Shown: piece by piece, positions 51,439 to 63,245 of the stretch
Position numbering within the stretch: position 1 is the first letter of the stretch
How the letters are laid out: every line of letters starts with the position of its first letter
The notes under the pieces: model-generated
What the model was told of the DNA's origin: nothing
Database searches by the model: none
What the model saw: only the letters and a program-made list of their open reading frames with translations
Position numbers and translations under genes: made by a program
Origin: Ginglymostoma cirratum
Taxonomy: Eukaryota
Assembly (NCBI GenBank): GCA_024137785.1
Contig: JAHRHZ010000002.1
Coordinates: forward strand, 4,741,258 to 4,805,257
Direction of reading: 5' to 3'
DNA: 64,000 bases

Positions 51439-54123
51439 CCCTGTTCTTTAGTATTTTGTTCTGCACTATTCAGATTTGCTAAAGACCTTCAATATTTTAC
51501 CACATAGAAACCTCACGGCTAAGGCCAGTACATGTGAAGTGAAAGGACAAGTAGCACAGCTGATGATAATAAGTCGGCTATAGAACCACGATCAGCATAA
51601 ATGTTGAGTGTCAAGAACACTTGGCTTATACGTTACATGTTTTAGATTTTAACTAGTCATTTTAGGAATATAATTTTTTGGTTGGAGATTGTAAGTTTTA
51701 ATTGTAGCATCAAAGTAAAAGAAGTAAATATAATTTAAACAAACTTGAAGTAAATTATGCTAGATGTTAACTGGAACCTTGCAAAGTCAGAGCAAAAGGT
51801 GTCAACAATGAGCAAATGTTATGCTTTAGGTGAAGGGTCTCCACTTAGGTAACATAGATGAAGGATGTAACTGATGTATGAAGTTTTCAGACAAAGTGAA
51901 GCTGTGAGATGTTTTGCAAGCACTGGTTGACATCCGCTACTCCTCCTCAAGTCAATCATGGCCCATGGCTACTCCTTCTTCCCTGGTTACTCACTGACTT
52001 CCACCAGCAGTCTCCATGCTCAGCAGCTTCACACGGACCATAGCTACCTTTCCTCCTTTAAGCCAGTTAGAGACTTTGTCTGGTTAATTAAACAATAATC
52101 ATTGTGCAGAAGGGCATACAGTCTAGCTAAGGCAGCCTATGCCTCTCATCTCAAAAAAAAAGACATGTTCTGGTTGGTTAAATCATTTTTTGGTAGGAAA
52201 TGGATAACTCACACTTGTCTTTATTAAACTACACCTGCCACTTCTTTTGCCCATTCACTTAATCTATCAATATCCAGCTGTAATTTTATGCTGTTGTCTA
52301 CAATGCTGCCCAAATTTGTGTATCCTACAAATTTGGATATTTGACTTTTTATGCCATTATCCAAGTTGTTAATTAATATTGAGGCCCCAACACAGACCCT
52401 TGCAGGACAGCACTGGTCACGTCCTGCCAGTTTGAGTACTAACCATTATCGCAACTGTCTGTTTCCTGCCACTCAACTAATTTCTTATCCATATCAGTAA
52501 TTTACCCTGAATTCAGTGGGTTCCTACCTCAGGTAACAATCTTTTCCACATCTACCTAACATATGCTCTCTCTCTCTTTTGAGTATTTTAGCTATTTATG
52601 TTCTGAATGGACCTGTCCATTTTCAAATCTAATGATGATCTTGCTTTTTGTGCATCTTCTTTGCAGCTATAACTTTGTATTCCTCACTCTTTGTATGGGT
52701 CATAAACAGCAAAGATCACCCTGTGACCTTTGTATGTTATGATCTGCCTGTATTGCATGCAAAACAAAGGTTTTCACTGTACTTAGGTACACATGACAAG
52801 AATAAATCAAATCAAAGTAAGCAGGTGACCCTTCTTTGATTAATCACCTGTAATCATGTCTTCCCATGGTTTTGAGGGCTTTTAGAGGCAAAAGACACAT
52901 ATACATGACACTCGCTTACAGGAAATAGTTAAAACTGAGGGAGGTAAAAACCATGAGTAGTTTATAAACTTTAGGAATGTGAACTTAATTGGCAAATAGA
53001 TTTCAACATAGATATGTGTAAGATAGTGTAACTAAAACAATTTGCAGTTTGGATAATAAAGTCTAAATGGGGTTGAGGAACAAAAAGGATGGAAAGGTAC
53101 TCATTCATAAATTATTAAATATTGCTCCACAGGCAATTCCATTTCAAGAGAACAGAATTAAAACCTCTTTCTATATTCTACTTGTTAAACTTGAAATCTG
53201 TATGTGCATGTCAGTAGAACCAAGGAAACCTAAAACCTATCTAGAAAAGACCAAGGACCACTTGAGCAGCTATCACAGTGAAAAATGCCCATTGCTTTAC
53301 AGTGAGCAGTGTCGGGTCAATGCTAATTATTAATACTCAAAAGGATCTCTAAGAGACACACAAACCCATTTTGAAATCTGTGCATGTTGCTATTCTGAAT
53401 TTTGTTTAACCTGTGTATGTTCCTTTCCACCCATAATATGTGTCAAACCCTTTGTTTTAGTCCGTATTAATCCCGAATGGATGTGTATATATTCAGGGAC
53501 TTTAAAGGTGCAAAGTCTAAATCAAATATTACCAAATTATAATTTCTTTCTTTTTCTTGCCTTTCCTTGAAGTTGTTACAATAAGTAGAGGTATTTTACT
53601 CTTTATGATGAACACTGTTGAAAATTTTTATCTTGTGTAGCAGTCACTTTGGCAAATTGATCATCTTAGTGGTCCAATTGGGATTCTATATGGTTTCTGA
53701 TGGCTTGTGGAACATGGGGTATGATTATCAATGCAGCCACCCCCCCCATTAGATCTTAAAATAATCACAGGAATCAAAATTCAGTAGGATGCTGAACCTT
53801 CATTGTACTCGCTCTATGGCAAGTTTATTCTTTCATAGGTAAGGAGTCCAAAACTGCACACAATACTCCAGGATTGAGGCTCTCCAATTTTTTTAAGACT
53901 TCTTTACTTCGATGGTCAAATTCTCCTGCAATAATGGCCAACATACCACTGATCTTTGGTTTGATCGTACACTCCACATCGCCATATTAAACATAGTCAA
54001 TTCACTGACTATCCCCTCAGTTCTATATGCCCTTCTCTCTCACTGTCTTGTACTTCCAGTACTGGAGATTCCCCCACACTCACTCTGTCCCCTCAGTTCT
54101 ACATTCCCCACTCTGATTCTTAC

Positions 54124-54243
54124 CTCTCCATGGCTGAATCCAGAAGAGTATTCCAATTATCCCGACAATAACAGCCAGTGGACTGATCATTGATGCAATT
54201 ATGGTTCCAAGATGAAGGTATCCCACACTATCTTCTGGAATTT
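54124..54243 (-). CDS. MHC class I-like gene B, transmembrane exon
   Basis: 120-nt phase-1/phase-1 exon (tttcag| ... |gtaaga) encoding (E)IPEDSVGYLHLGTIIASMISPLAVIVGIIGILFWIQPWR. The flanking intron is homologous to that of the gene A TM exon. Confidence 0.87.
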
Positions 54244-54559
54244 CTGAAACGTATTTGTATAATATCAGGATTTTTTTTCTCTGATCCTCAATATATTTCC
54301 AGTGTTCTGTCAGTCTAGTTTTATGCTCTTTTATCTTTCAGGAAGAAATTATGCAACGTTGGGATCAACATTGCCCATATTTCCACATGTATATTGATAG
54401 AAAGCATCCTATTTCAATTGAAGGCGAGCTCTTTGGACAAACAAAATGTTAAAAATCCATCCCCATATCTTTCTTGCAGAGTGATAAAGTAATGCAGAGG
54501 CAGACAGAGGTCATGGAAATGTAGCAATGAACACATTCAAGACTTGAGCAGCTAGGCTG

Positions 54560-54920
54560 TCACTCCATTGCTGCTCCGAGAGAATGCTGCACCACTGAAG
54601 GTTGGTGGAACGATGCTGCGGTACAGCTACATGGTGAGAAGGACACTACTCATGGAGCTGTGTACTGTTAGAAGGACAGTATTGGGAGAAGGCCAGGCAG
54701 CAATGAACTGTTCAAAGAACAATCTTGACGGAGTGCCGCGCCGTCAGTGAGGGTCAGCGCTGAGGGAGTGCCGCGCNNNNNNNNNNCCGCGCCGTCAGTG
54801 AGGGTCAGCGCTGAGGGAGTGCCGCGCCGTCAGAGGGTCAGTACTGAGTAAATGCTACAGTATTGGAGGGTTAGTATGGGGGAATGCTGCAATGTTTGAC
54901 GGGCAGTACTAAAGTAGTTA
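54560..54920 (+). repeat. 32-35 bp minisatellite, collapsed at a 10-N gap (54777-54786)
   Basis: Unit ggagtgccgcgccgtcagtgagggtcagcgctgag is near-perfect around the gap and degenerate on both flanks. Confidence 0.8.
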
Positions 54921-57900
54921 GGGGGTCAATTAGCATAGTTGGTTGGACAGCTGATTTATAATGCAGAGTAATGGCAACATCATGAATTCAATTCCCACAC
55001 CAGGAAGAATAGAGGAATTGAATATTCATTTAAATGGCAAAAGGCTGCAGAAAGCTACAGCAAAGAGGGATTTGGCAGTCCTTGTTGCATAAATCATAAA
55101 AAAAATTAGCATCCAAGTTCAGTGGGTAATAGGGAAGGCACATGGGGTGTTGGTCTCAATGTTGGATGTTGTTCAAAGGGAATAGAGTGGAAAGGTAAGG
55201 AGGTTTTGCTAAAACTCTCCAAGGCAGTAGTCAGACCACAATTGGAATACTGTGAACAGTTTTGTGACCCTTATCTAGGGAAAGATATAAGACAGTCCAA
55301 AGAAAGTTGACTAGCTGATACCAGGTAAGGAGGGACTGTTTTAGGAGGAAATATTGAGTATGTTGGGCTTGTACTCATTAGAATTTCGAAGAATGAGAGA
55401 TGACCTTATGGAAACATGCAAGATTTTTCAGGGCTTGGTCAGGTAGGTGTAGAAAGGTTGTTTCTCCTTGGTGAAAAGCGTAGACCAGATTTTTTAATTT
55501 CAGAATTGGTTCTGCATTTAAAATAGAGATGAGAAAGATTTTCTTCTCCCAGAGGACAGCAAATCTGTGCAATTCTTTATCACAGAGATCTGATGGGGCC
55601 ACAGGAGAGCAAGTGAGGAGCAACACCAGTTAAGTCTAAAACAGGTGTCAACCAAGTGAAAGTACAACACAAGACTATTTATCCATCAAACAGAGTAATC
55701 AACATGTGACAGATGGGACTAAATGTTCTTGTAATAAATAGATCAGATCTGCAGCCCTAACATACACAATCATGGATGTTCATCACAAACAGCTAAATAG
55801 TGATGGAAGATGCTCCACAAATATCCCTACCTTAAAGATAAGGAGGTCAGCTGATCAGGTGTTGGTCTTGTAAAGCAAAAATTGTGGGTTCAAATTCTAT
55901 CCACACTTACAAATGACTACCTGAAGCAAGTTCCATCTCTGTTCTACATCCGCTCAGAATTATACTGAAAGCTACCCCCCTGTCCTGTCGTATACATTGT
56001 TTCAATCTCAATTAGAAGTCAGATAGGCAAAAGGTAGCCTAGATGAGGAGTTTATAGAATGTTTTCAGGTTAGAATATCATGTTCTCGAGCTGACCAGTG
56101 GGCAGACTGTATTAGACTTGATATTGTGCTAAGGGATAAGATTAATTAGTGAAAACTCTTCACAGCAAGCTTTCCTTAAAAGGTAGTGTCCTGTGTTTGA
56201 CCATCTTCGACTGCTTCATCAATGACCTTCCCTCCAATTTAAGCTCAAGATCACTGAAGACTGTATAGTGTTCAGTTTCATTGGTAACTCCCCAGGTGCT
56301 GAAGCAATCTGCGACCATATGCAACAAGACCTGATCAATATTTAGGTTTTAGGTGGGAAGTGATAAGTAACGTTCATGCCATACAAGCATTAACCATTGC
56401 CAACAAGAATCTAATCATTCTCCTTGATGTTCAATGACATGACCATCACTCACCATCAACATCCTGGGGTTACAATTTACCAGAAACTTAGCTGGACCAG
56501 TCATATCAATGCTGTGGCAGGGCAGAGGTTGGGAGTTCTGCGATGAGTAACTCACATTCTGTTTCTCCAGTGCTTGCCCCGCAAGTCACAACTCAGTACT
56601 GTGGTAGCATACCCTCCATTTGCCTGATGAGTTCAGCTTCAAAAACACTGAGGCACATCAACATCATTCTGGACAGCGTGGTCAGCTTGACTGGCATCCC
56701 ATCCATCCCCTTCAACTTTCACTCCATTACCTATACAGCATATTTCCAGTGTGTACAAATAAATATTATGCAATGCAGCAACTTGACAACCCATCCAAAT
56801 ACATGACTTCTCCTACCTAGAAGGACAGGAGCAGCAGACTCAATGAGAACACAACCACTTACAAGTTTGCCCTCTACATACTCACTATGGCTCAACCAAG
56901 CTCCTGGAACTCCTTTTCTAACTGGACTGTGGCTGCCCCCAAACCACAGACTACAGCAGTTCAAACAGGAAGTTCACTGCCACCTTCTAAAGGCAATCAG
57001 GGATGGCCAATAAATGTTCATGCCGCCAAAATCCTTATGAAAGAATTTTTTAAAAAAGCAGGAGGTGTGGAGGCAGGATAACATTGGGACAATGGGAAGC
57101 AATGTTATGACATTGGGAGTGAGGGGCTAGTTGCAGTGATAAGAGGCTAGTGGAGCTGATAATGGTATAGAGGGTGATAAAGAAATGGATGTGGTGATAG
57201 GATAATGGGGTTCACGAAGGGATGGTAGGGAGTTTTTCTTTATTCATTCACATGATGAGGGCATCCCTGGCTAGGCCAGCATTTATTACCTATCCCAGAG
57301 GGTGTATAAATTCAACTATATTGCTGTGGGTCTGGAGTCACATGCAGTTCAGACCAGGTAAGGATGGCAGTTTCCTTCCCAAAACGGCATTAGTAAACCA
57401 GATGAGTTTTTCCTGATAATCGACAATAGGTTAATGGTCATCATCAGTCTCCTCGAATTCTATCCTGCCGTGGTAGGATTCAAAGCTGGCTCCCCAGAAC
57501 ATTACTTGGGTCTCTGAGGTAACAGTCCAGTGATAACAGTAGGCAATCACCTCTCCATGATGAGGGGATAGGTGGGTAACAAATATGGGTTGAGAGAGAC
57601 AGTAAGAATTCGGAGGATGAGGCAGTGAGTGTTTGAGAACCTGCTATCGTGGTGCCCTGATATTAAATACAAACTGTCACCATTGATAGTTCAGTTCCCT
57701 ACTGCATTATACCTCACTAGCAGCATCTCGTTTCCAAAAAGATTTAAGGGGATAAGAGAGAGGAAGAAGTAAAAGAAGTAGTAGTAACAAAAAGAAAAGA
57801 GGAATAAACAGTAGCGAAAAAAAAAGGGAAATGGCAACATGAAGTCATCAGTCAAAAGAGGGACACCATATACTCTGACTTACTATCTGGAGCCCCAGGA

Positions 57901-58534
57901 GAGGTTGACGAGTAGGAGAACTGCACATAGACAATACACTTTCCCCGTGTTCCTCTTATGATATAAATGGGCTTGGTCTAGAAGTTTGCTGAGCCGTATT
58001 GATAAACCTCAGTATTTACTGCACTAACTAGATCCATCTTTTAGAACACAACTTTCTTGTTGGATTGTTTGGAAAATCCAAATTCTCAAGGATTTCATTT
58101 CTAGTTCAGCAATATGTCAAAGACTTAACCTCAGGCTCTCCCCAACCTCACGTTGCCTTATCAGGAAAAGTAGCAGAAGCAGGAGTAGCCATATTTGCCT
58201 ATTCTACCTTTCAATACGAACTTGGCTCATTTTGTGCCTTACTGCCACTTTCCTGCTCATTCGCCAGATCCCTTGGCTACCTGAGACACCAAACTCTGTC
58301 TATTTCAGACTAAAATATACTCAGCAGCAGAACATTCACAATCGTGTAGGGGACACAATTCATAATTCTTAAAGGGTGGCCATTTCTAAAGGGTAGTTCA
58401 TGGAGTAAAGAACTCTTCAGTGTTTGGGGATCGAAAATTGGGGCAGTATCTCATTCATCTTCCCTTCTCAGTCACGCATGTTCTCCCACACTCCTTCTCC
58501 CTTGCTGTGTCACACTTCCAGTTCAGTTCCTTAC

Positions 58535-58813
58535 CCCAATGGTAGAGCTTAGCCTCTGTCAGGCTGCTGTGTTCAACTTGACAGGAATATTGATCCCCAT
58601 CCCCAGCGGTGATTTCAACCTCTTTCTGGATCTGATGGGTCCCATCGTGGTTCGGTCGAATCCCCGAGGATTGTATATCAGACATGACCTCTTCATTCCT
58701 CAGCCAGGTCACCTCGATGTCTACAGGATAAAATCCAGTGACCAGGCAGGAGAGAGTGAGCGGCTTGTCCTGACGACTGGGCTCGCTTCTGGAGATGAAT
58801 ACTTCAGGCTGAA
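58535..58813 (-). CDS. MHC class I-like gene B, alpha3 exon
   Basis: 279-nt exon encoding LSCLVTGFYPVDIEVTW...RPNHDGTHQ...YSCQVEHSSLTEAKLYHW, 77/93 aa identical to gene A. GT-AG boundaries are at the same positions as in gene A. Confidence 0.96.
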
Positions 58814-58931
58814 CTGTGATGGGAAAAGGTGAAAATACAAACAATAGACAGACACTGAATGGAATGAGAGAGCGGTTTCATAGATCAGTGAGGTTAGATC
58901 TGAACATGGGGTCAAAAACTCAAATACACAC

Positions 58932-59207
58932 CTTTCCTTTTGAGATATTCCTTTCCAATGTTTAAACGTGATTTTAAGCGTTCAGCAAGCTCCACTTCCA
59001 TCAGCCATTTCCAAAACTTATTCCAGGATTCATCAGAATCCCATTTCTCTTTTGTTTTCACTGCATTGTGATGTGATGCGACCCATCTCATTCTGTCCGA
59101 CTCCAGACTAATGTAGTCCTTTCCGTCAAAGGCAACATTCATTCTTCTCTTAATGGAGCCATCTTCACACACCTCAACATTCCTTATCCATTGCAAAATA
59201 TGCTTTC
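58932..59207 (-). CDS. MHC class I-like gene B, alpha2 exon
   Basis: 276-nt exon with gacag| acceptor and |gtgtgt donor. GKHILQWIRNVEVCEDGSIKRRMNVAFDGKDYISL...VKTKEKWD...LMEVELAERLKSRL has 65/92 aa identical to gene A alpha2 by manual count. Confidence 0.92.
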
Positions 59208-60191
59208 CTGTCAAAGGTAAACGGTGAAAAAATCAAATTTTCACTGTAAAAAGGTATTCAATGGGCTTAGCATTATCGTAAATTTCTCTGATGTGTCAGT
59301 TTTACAGTATCTGACACACAATTGCACCCAACATTACATTAATAACATCCCCTGTGAACTTGGTATTACAGTCTTAGATCCCCCAGTGGGCACTGTATTA
59401 TACACTGCAGGCTCAGATTTACAACAGTAAGTCTCCATATGCTCAGTAGGGTTCTGAAGGTTCAGTATTATATTAATAAATACCTGTGTGTTCTGTATTG
59501 CATTAACAGATGCACTTTGTACTCAAACATTAATAAAATCGTGTGTCCGTGCCATCTTTGAAAGGCCACTGTGCACCTGAACGAGTGCTGGCAATCTGCT
59601 GTTGCCCATCACTGGCAACATAATGGCACAGTAGCCACAAAGCCACGCTCCCTCCCCACAGCATACGCCAACATTACTTAAATTATACGCACAATCCTAT
59701 TCTCTCACCCCAGTCACTGTTCATCCACCACACTTGACCTGTCCTTAGCCGAGTACTGTCTGAACACCCTGTAAGTCAGGGCTACATTGACCCTATTGCA
59801 CTAAAAGTCAAGAGGGTTTATCAGGGAGTGGTGTGTGCTGTCTGATCTTCGCATGCTGCACCCTCAGTAGACAAAGAAGGGATGCTACAGACACTGAACA
59901 GTTGTGACGGCTTCAGCAATCTTCCCAGGAGGAAGGTGAAGACATTGAGCAGGAAGAACATCATCTTCTGTAAGATAGAGGGCTGCAGCAGCGTCAGACA
60001 TAATGAGCAAAAAGTTAACTAGCAGCCACTTCCAAAAGTTGGATGAAGTTTTCATTCACTGACTGTCACATTGTTGCTGCCCCAAAGTAGCCCTTTGTTT
60101 AGTCCCAAAAACAACTGCAGCTTTATGTTGGATAACAAGGTGTAGAGCTGGATGAACACAGCAGGCCAAGCAACAGAGGAGCAGGAAAGCT

Positions 60192-60219
60192 GACGTTTCA
60201 GGCCTAGACCCTTCTTCAG
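60192..60219 (-). ncRNA. Minimal hammerhead ribozyme motif in a solo pLTR (element ~60132-60240)
   Basis: Reverse complement is CTGAAGA-agggtctaggcct-GAAAC-GTC. Confidence 0.65.
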
Positions 60220-62269
60220 GAAAGCAGTTCCTACTATCCCTGCAGCTTTGTGTTGGTTTTTGTTTTGCTTTTCCTGTTTAATAAAAGTTGATAGGAGTGA
60301 CTATTTCATGGCTTTACAATATCAGCTGCTCCCTCATTCAGGGGAAAAAGTAACATTCCTTCAAATTTCTAACATTGTGTGTTGCTGAGGAAAGGGGTTA
60401 GCTTCTGTGCTTCACTCTTGTAGCTGCGTTTACAACGACAGTCAATCAGACAGGCAATGATTTGAAGTGCCAACATTTCTACAAATGTGATGTTCTATCT
60501 ACAAGTGAAGTGTCACTGTGCCATCTGTGCCCTTTCACTAAGTTGAGGTGTAATCCTGGCTAACTGTATTGGAGTGGAGGGCTTTATCCATTTCTGGCAG
60601 ACCCTAAGCGTTCTATTGGACTTGACTTCAAGATGTCGGTGGAGTTGCAAGGTTGAACCCCGGGTTTGTCTGCTCCCGTCTGCTTTCTAACACCACTCTT
60701 TCTTTTCTTCTTTTTACCTCTGCACTTTTTCTTTTCTCTAAAGCCTGGAGAGCAATGGGTGAAGGAGGAGGCCTCCAGCGATGGCAGCAGCAGCATCACA
60801 CCAAGATAAGCTGGACACAGCTCTACTCCAGCTCGGGGTTTCCCATCATGTGTGCAGCAGGTCCAGACTCACAGGCTAGGCCCATGCTCCAGGTCCGCAG
60901 CTGGCCCGAGAGCCAGAAGGAGCGGAACGAATCGGTGAAAGGGATGGACGGCGGACTGGCAGCAGTGACTGGAAGAGGAGAAGCATCGGATGGGGAAAAG
61001 GAGGTACAGAACCCGCACATCCCTAGGCCCAAGGCTTCAGTTTGATGTGGTGATCTTGCGGGGGGGGAGGTGGTGGTGTAGTGACAGCAACGGAGACCTG
61101 TAACCAAGACCCCCAGTGCCCATTACAGAGACTACAGTCGATGTCGAGCAGTGACTGGAGGAGCAGCAGAGGAGGAACAAGAAGAAGAGAGAAAGACGAA
61201 CTCTATCGAGTAAAATCTTGCATTATATTCAGTATTTCAAGATGGCGCTGGAGAATGGAGTCTCCTGGCATGTAACACATGAGAAAACACTTTTTACTGC
61301 ATTTTTATATCTGTGAGACAATAAATCTAAATCTCAATCGCCGTGGCCACCCTGTTTATGGAGATAATCAGACACATATTTGCTAAAGCCAGTCACAGCA
61401 CTCATAATGGGGGTGGTCTCCTCCAGCTTTCCATCCAGTTTACTAAGTGACATCTGCCTGCCACTCCTTTGTCTGTTTGTAGATTTGCACCAAGTCATTA
61501 ATGGGCTCCTCTCCTGCCTGGGGCTGAGCAGCTGCCTGGTCTCTGGCAGCTCTCCCAGTGCCAGCAGTTTCAGCTGTTTCTTCCTCAGCCGGCTGTGTCA
61601 GTGACATGCTCCTCACTGCTTTCACACCCACGGAGGGTCTCAGCAGCCTGCAAGAGCTCAGGCACTGAAACCGGCCTTGCCTTGCGAGGGATCAGTGGCT
61701 TCCTCCTCGGAAGTGAAGGAGGAGGGGGGGGAAATTACAGGAGGCGGCTGTTTGGACGTAGCCAGTGCCTGCAGAAGGCAACAGAGGAAGTTGCACAACC
61801 GTGGTCAAAACTTGAGCAATAGAATTTGAGTGGGGTTAATGAGAGCATGGCACAATGTCCACTGGGACATGCTGATATCAACATCACCCCACAAACATTC
61901 ACAGTCTTCCCACCCTTTCCTCTTGAGTGTGCTGAGAAGACAAACATTGGCCACTCCATGACTTGATGGGGTGCCTTCAGCCCTGGACTGATTCCTCATG
62001 AAATTATACAAAAGGAGGGACTGAATGAGCTGAAAGTGGTTGGCACAGCTGTTACTGTTGGTTAAGGATGAGGAAAGATCACAAGGTGAGTGAGTAGGAA
62101 ACAGAGTGCAGAAAGGGCTGGTAACTTGGAGGGGCAGGCAGGGTCAGAGCTTTTGAGGGGAATTGCTCAATGAAATAATCATTGTTTAGGTCATAAGCAT
62201 CGGTGGGAGGTGCAATGGCAGACCTAGAGTGAGTGTCAGACAGCAAACAGAACATGGCAACACTTAGCT

Positions 62270-62476
62270 TTGGAGTGCAAAAGGCTTACAACTTTCTTGA
62301 AGCACTGCTGTGACCCCCTCTGGACCATGAAGTGGCACTGACCCAGGCAGTAACCTCAGAGCAGGCTGTGGTCTCCTTTAGCAGTCCTAGAGAAAGAGGG
62401 TGACCCTATTGTCCATCACCAGGACTTCCGAGTGCCGAGCACCAAAGCAGGATGCTAGCTTGGGTCTTGGAAACAT
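62270..62476 (-). mobile_element. Degenerate Myb/SANT-like ORF typical of Harbinger ORF2
   Basis: MFPRPKLASCFGARHSEVLV...TLF / SEVTAWVSATS / QQCFKKV across frameshifts resembles the MSANTD-type domain of Harbinger elements. Confidence 0.5.
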
Positions 62477-63125
62477 CTCCTTTTGAACTGTGAGACAGAT
62501 AATAATTGGCTTGTAGCATTTGAACGAGTGCACCCTCTCAATTTAAATATGGCCTTGGCGACATAACCACAAGAAGGTCTCAGCACTGCTGACCAGCTCT
62601 TCTGCTGCTGACTGCAAGATATTGCAGGAGCAACGCATGGATGTGGAGTGCAGATTTAACAAGGTGAGTAAGGTAAGACTGCATGAGAAAATGCTTTGGA
62701 GGGGTTTCAGAAGAGATAGATACCAGAAATGAATGTGTTATTCCAGGAGAATAGGTTGGACATTCTGGGCTTGTTTTGACTGGAGTTTAGAAAAGTGAGG
62801 AGTTACTTGATTGAAGTGTATAAGATCTAGAATAGTCTTGAGAAAGTGGATTTGGAAAGGATTTTCTCTTATAGGTGAGTCCAGAATTAAGAGCACTGCT
62901 TTAAGATGAGGTGCCTTTCTTTCAGCACAGAGATGATGAGAACTTTATTTCTCTTGAGGATTGGGAAACTTTGGAACTCCTGGCCTGAGAAGCTGGTGGA
63001 AGCAGGGCGATTGAATATTTTTAAGTCAGAAGTGGATAGGTTTCTATTGGGTAAGGGAATGGAGAGGTATTGGGAGTAATTTAAAATGTAGAATTAGAAA
63101 CAAAAAAAAGGAAACAAAATAAACA

Positions 63126-63245
63126 CAGATAATGGGAACTGCAGACGCTGGAGAATCTGAGATAACAAGGTGTGGAGCTGGATGAACACAACAGGCCAAA
63201 GGAGCAGGAAGGCTGACGTTTCGGGCCTAGACTCTTCTTCAGAAA
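63126..63245 (-). mobile_element. Solo Penelope pLTR with hammerhead core (63215-63242)
   Basis: Same ~120-nt family (gataatgggaactgcag...gataacaaggtgtggagctggatgaacac...gacgtttcggg...ttcag). Confidence 0.8.

Larger units (their letters stand above)
41990..59215. repeat. Segmental duplication unit B (3' part of gene B)
   Basis: Counterpart of unit A, differing by copy-specific TE insertions. Confidence 0.9.

Noticed and set aside
54728-54850. CRISPR-like 35-bp repeats
   Set aside because: The units are head-to-tail with no unique spacers, in a vertebrate intron, so this is a minisatellite.
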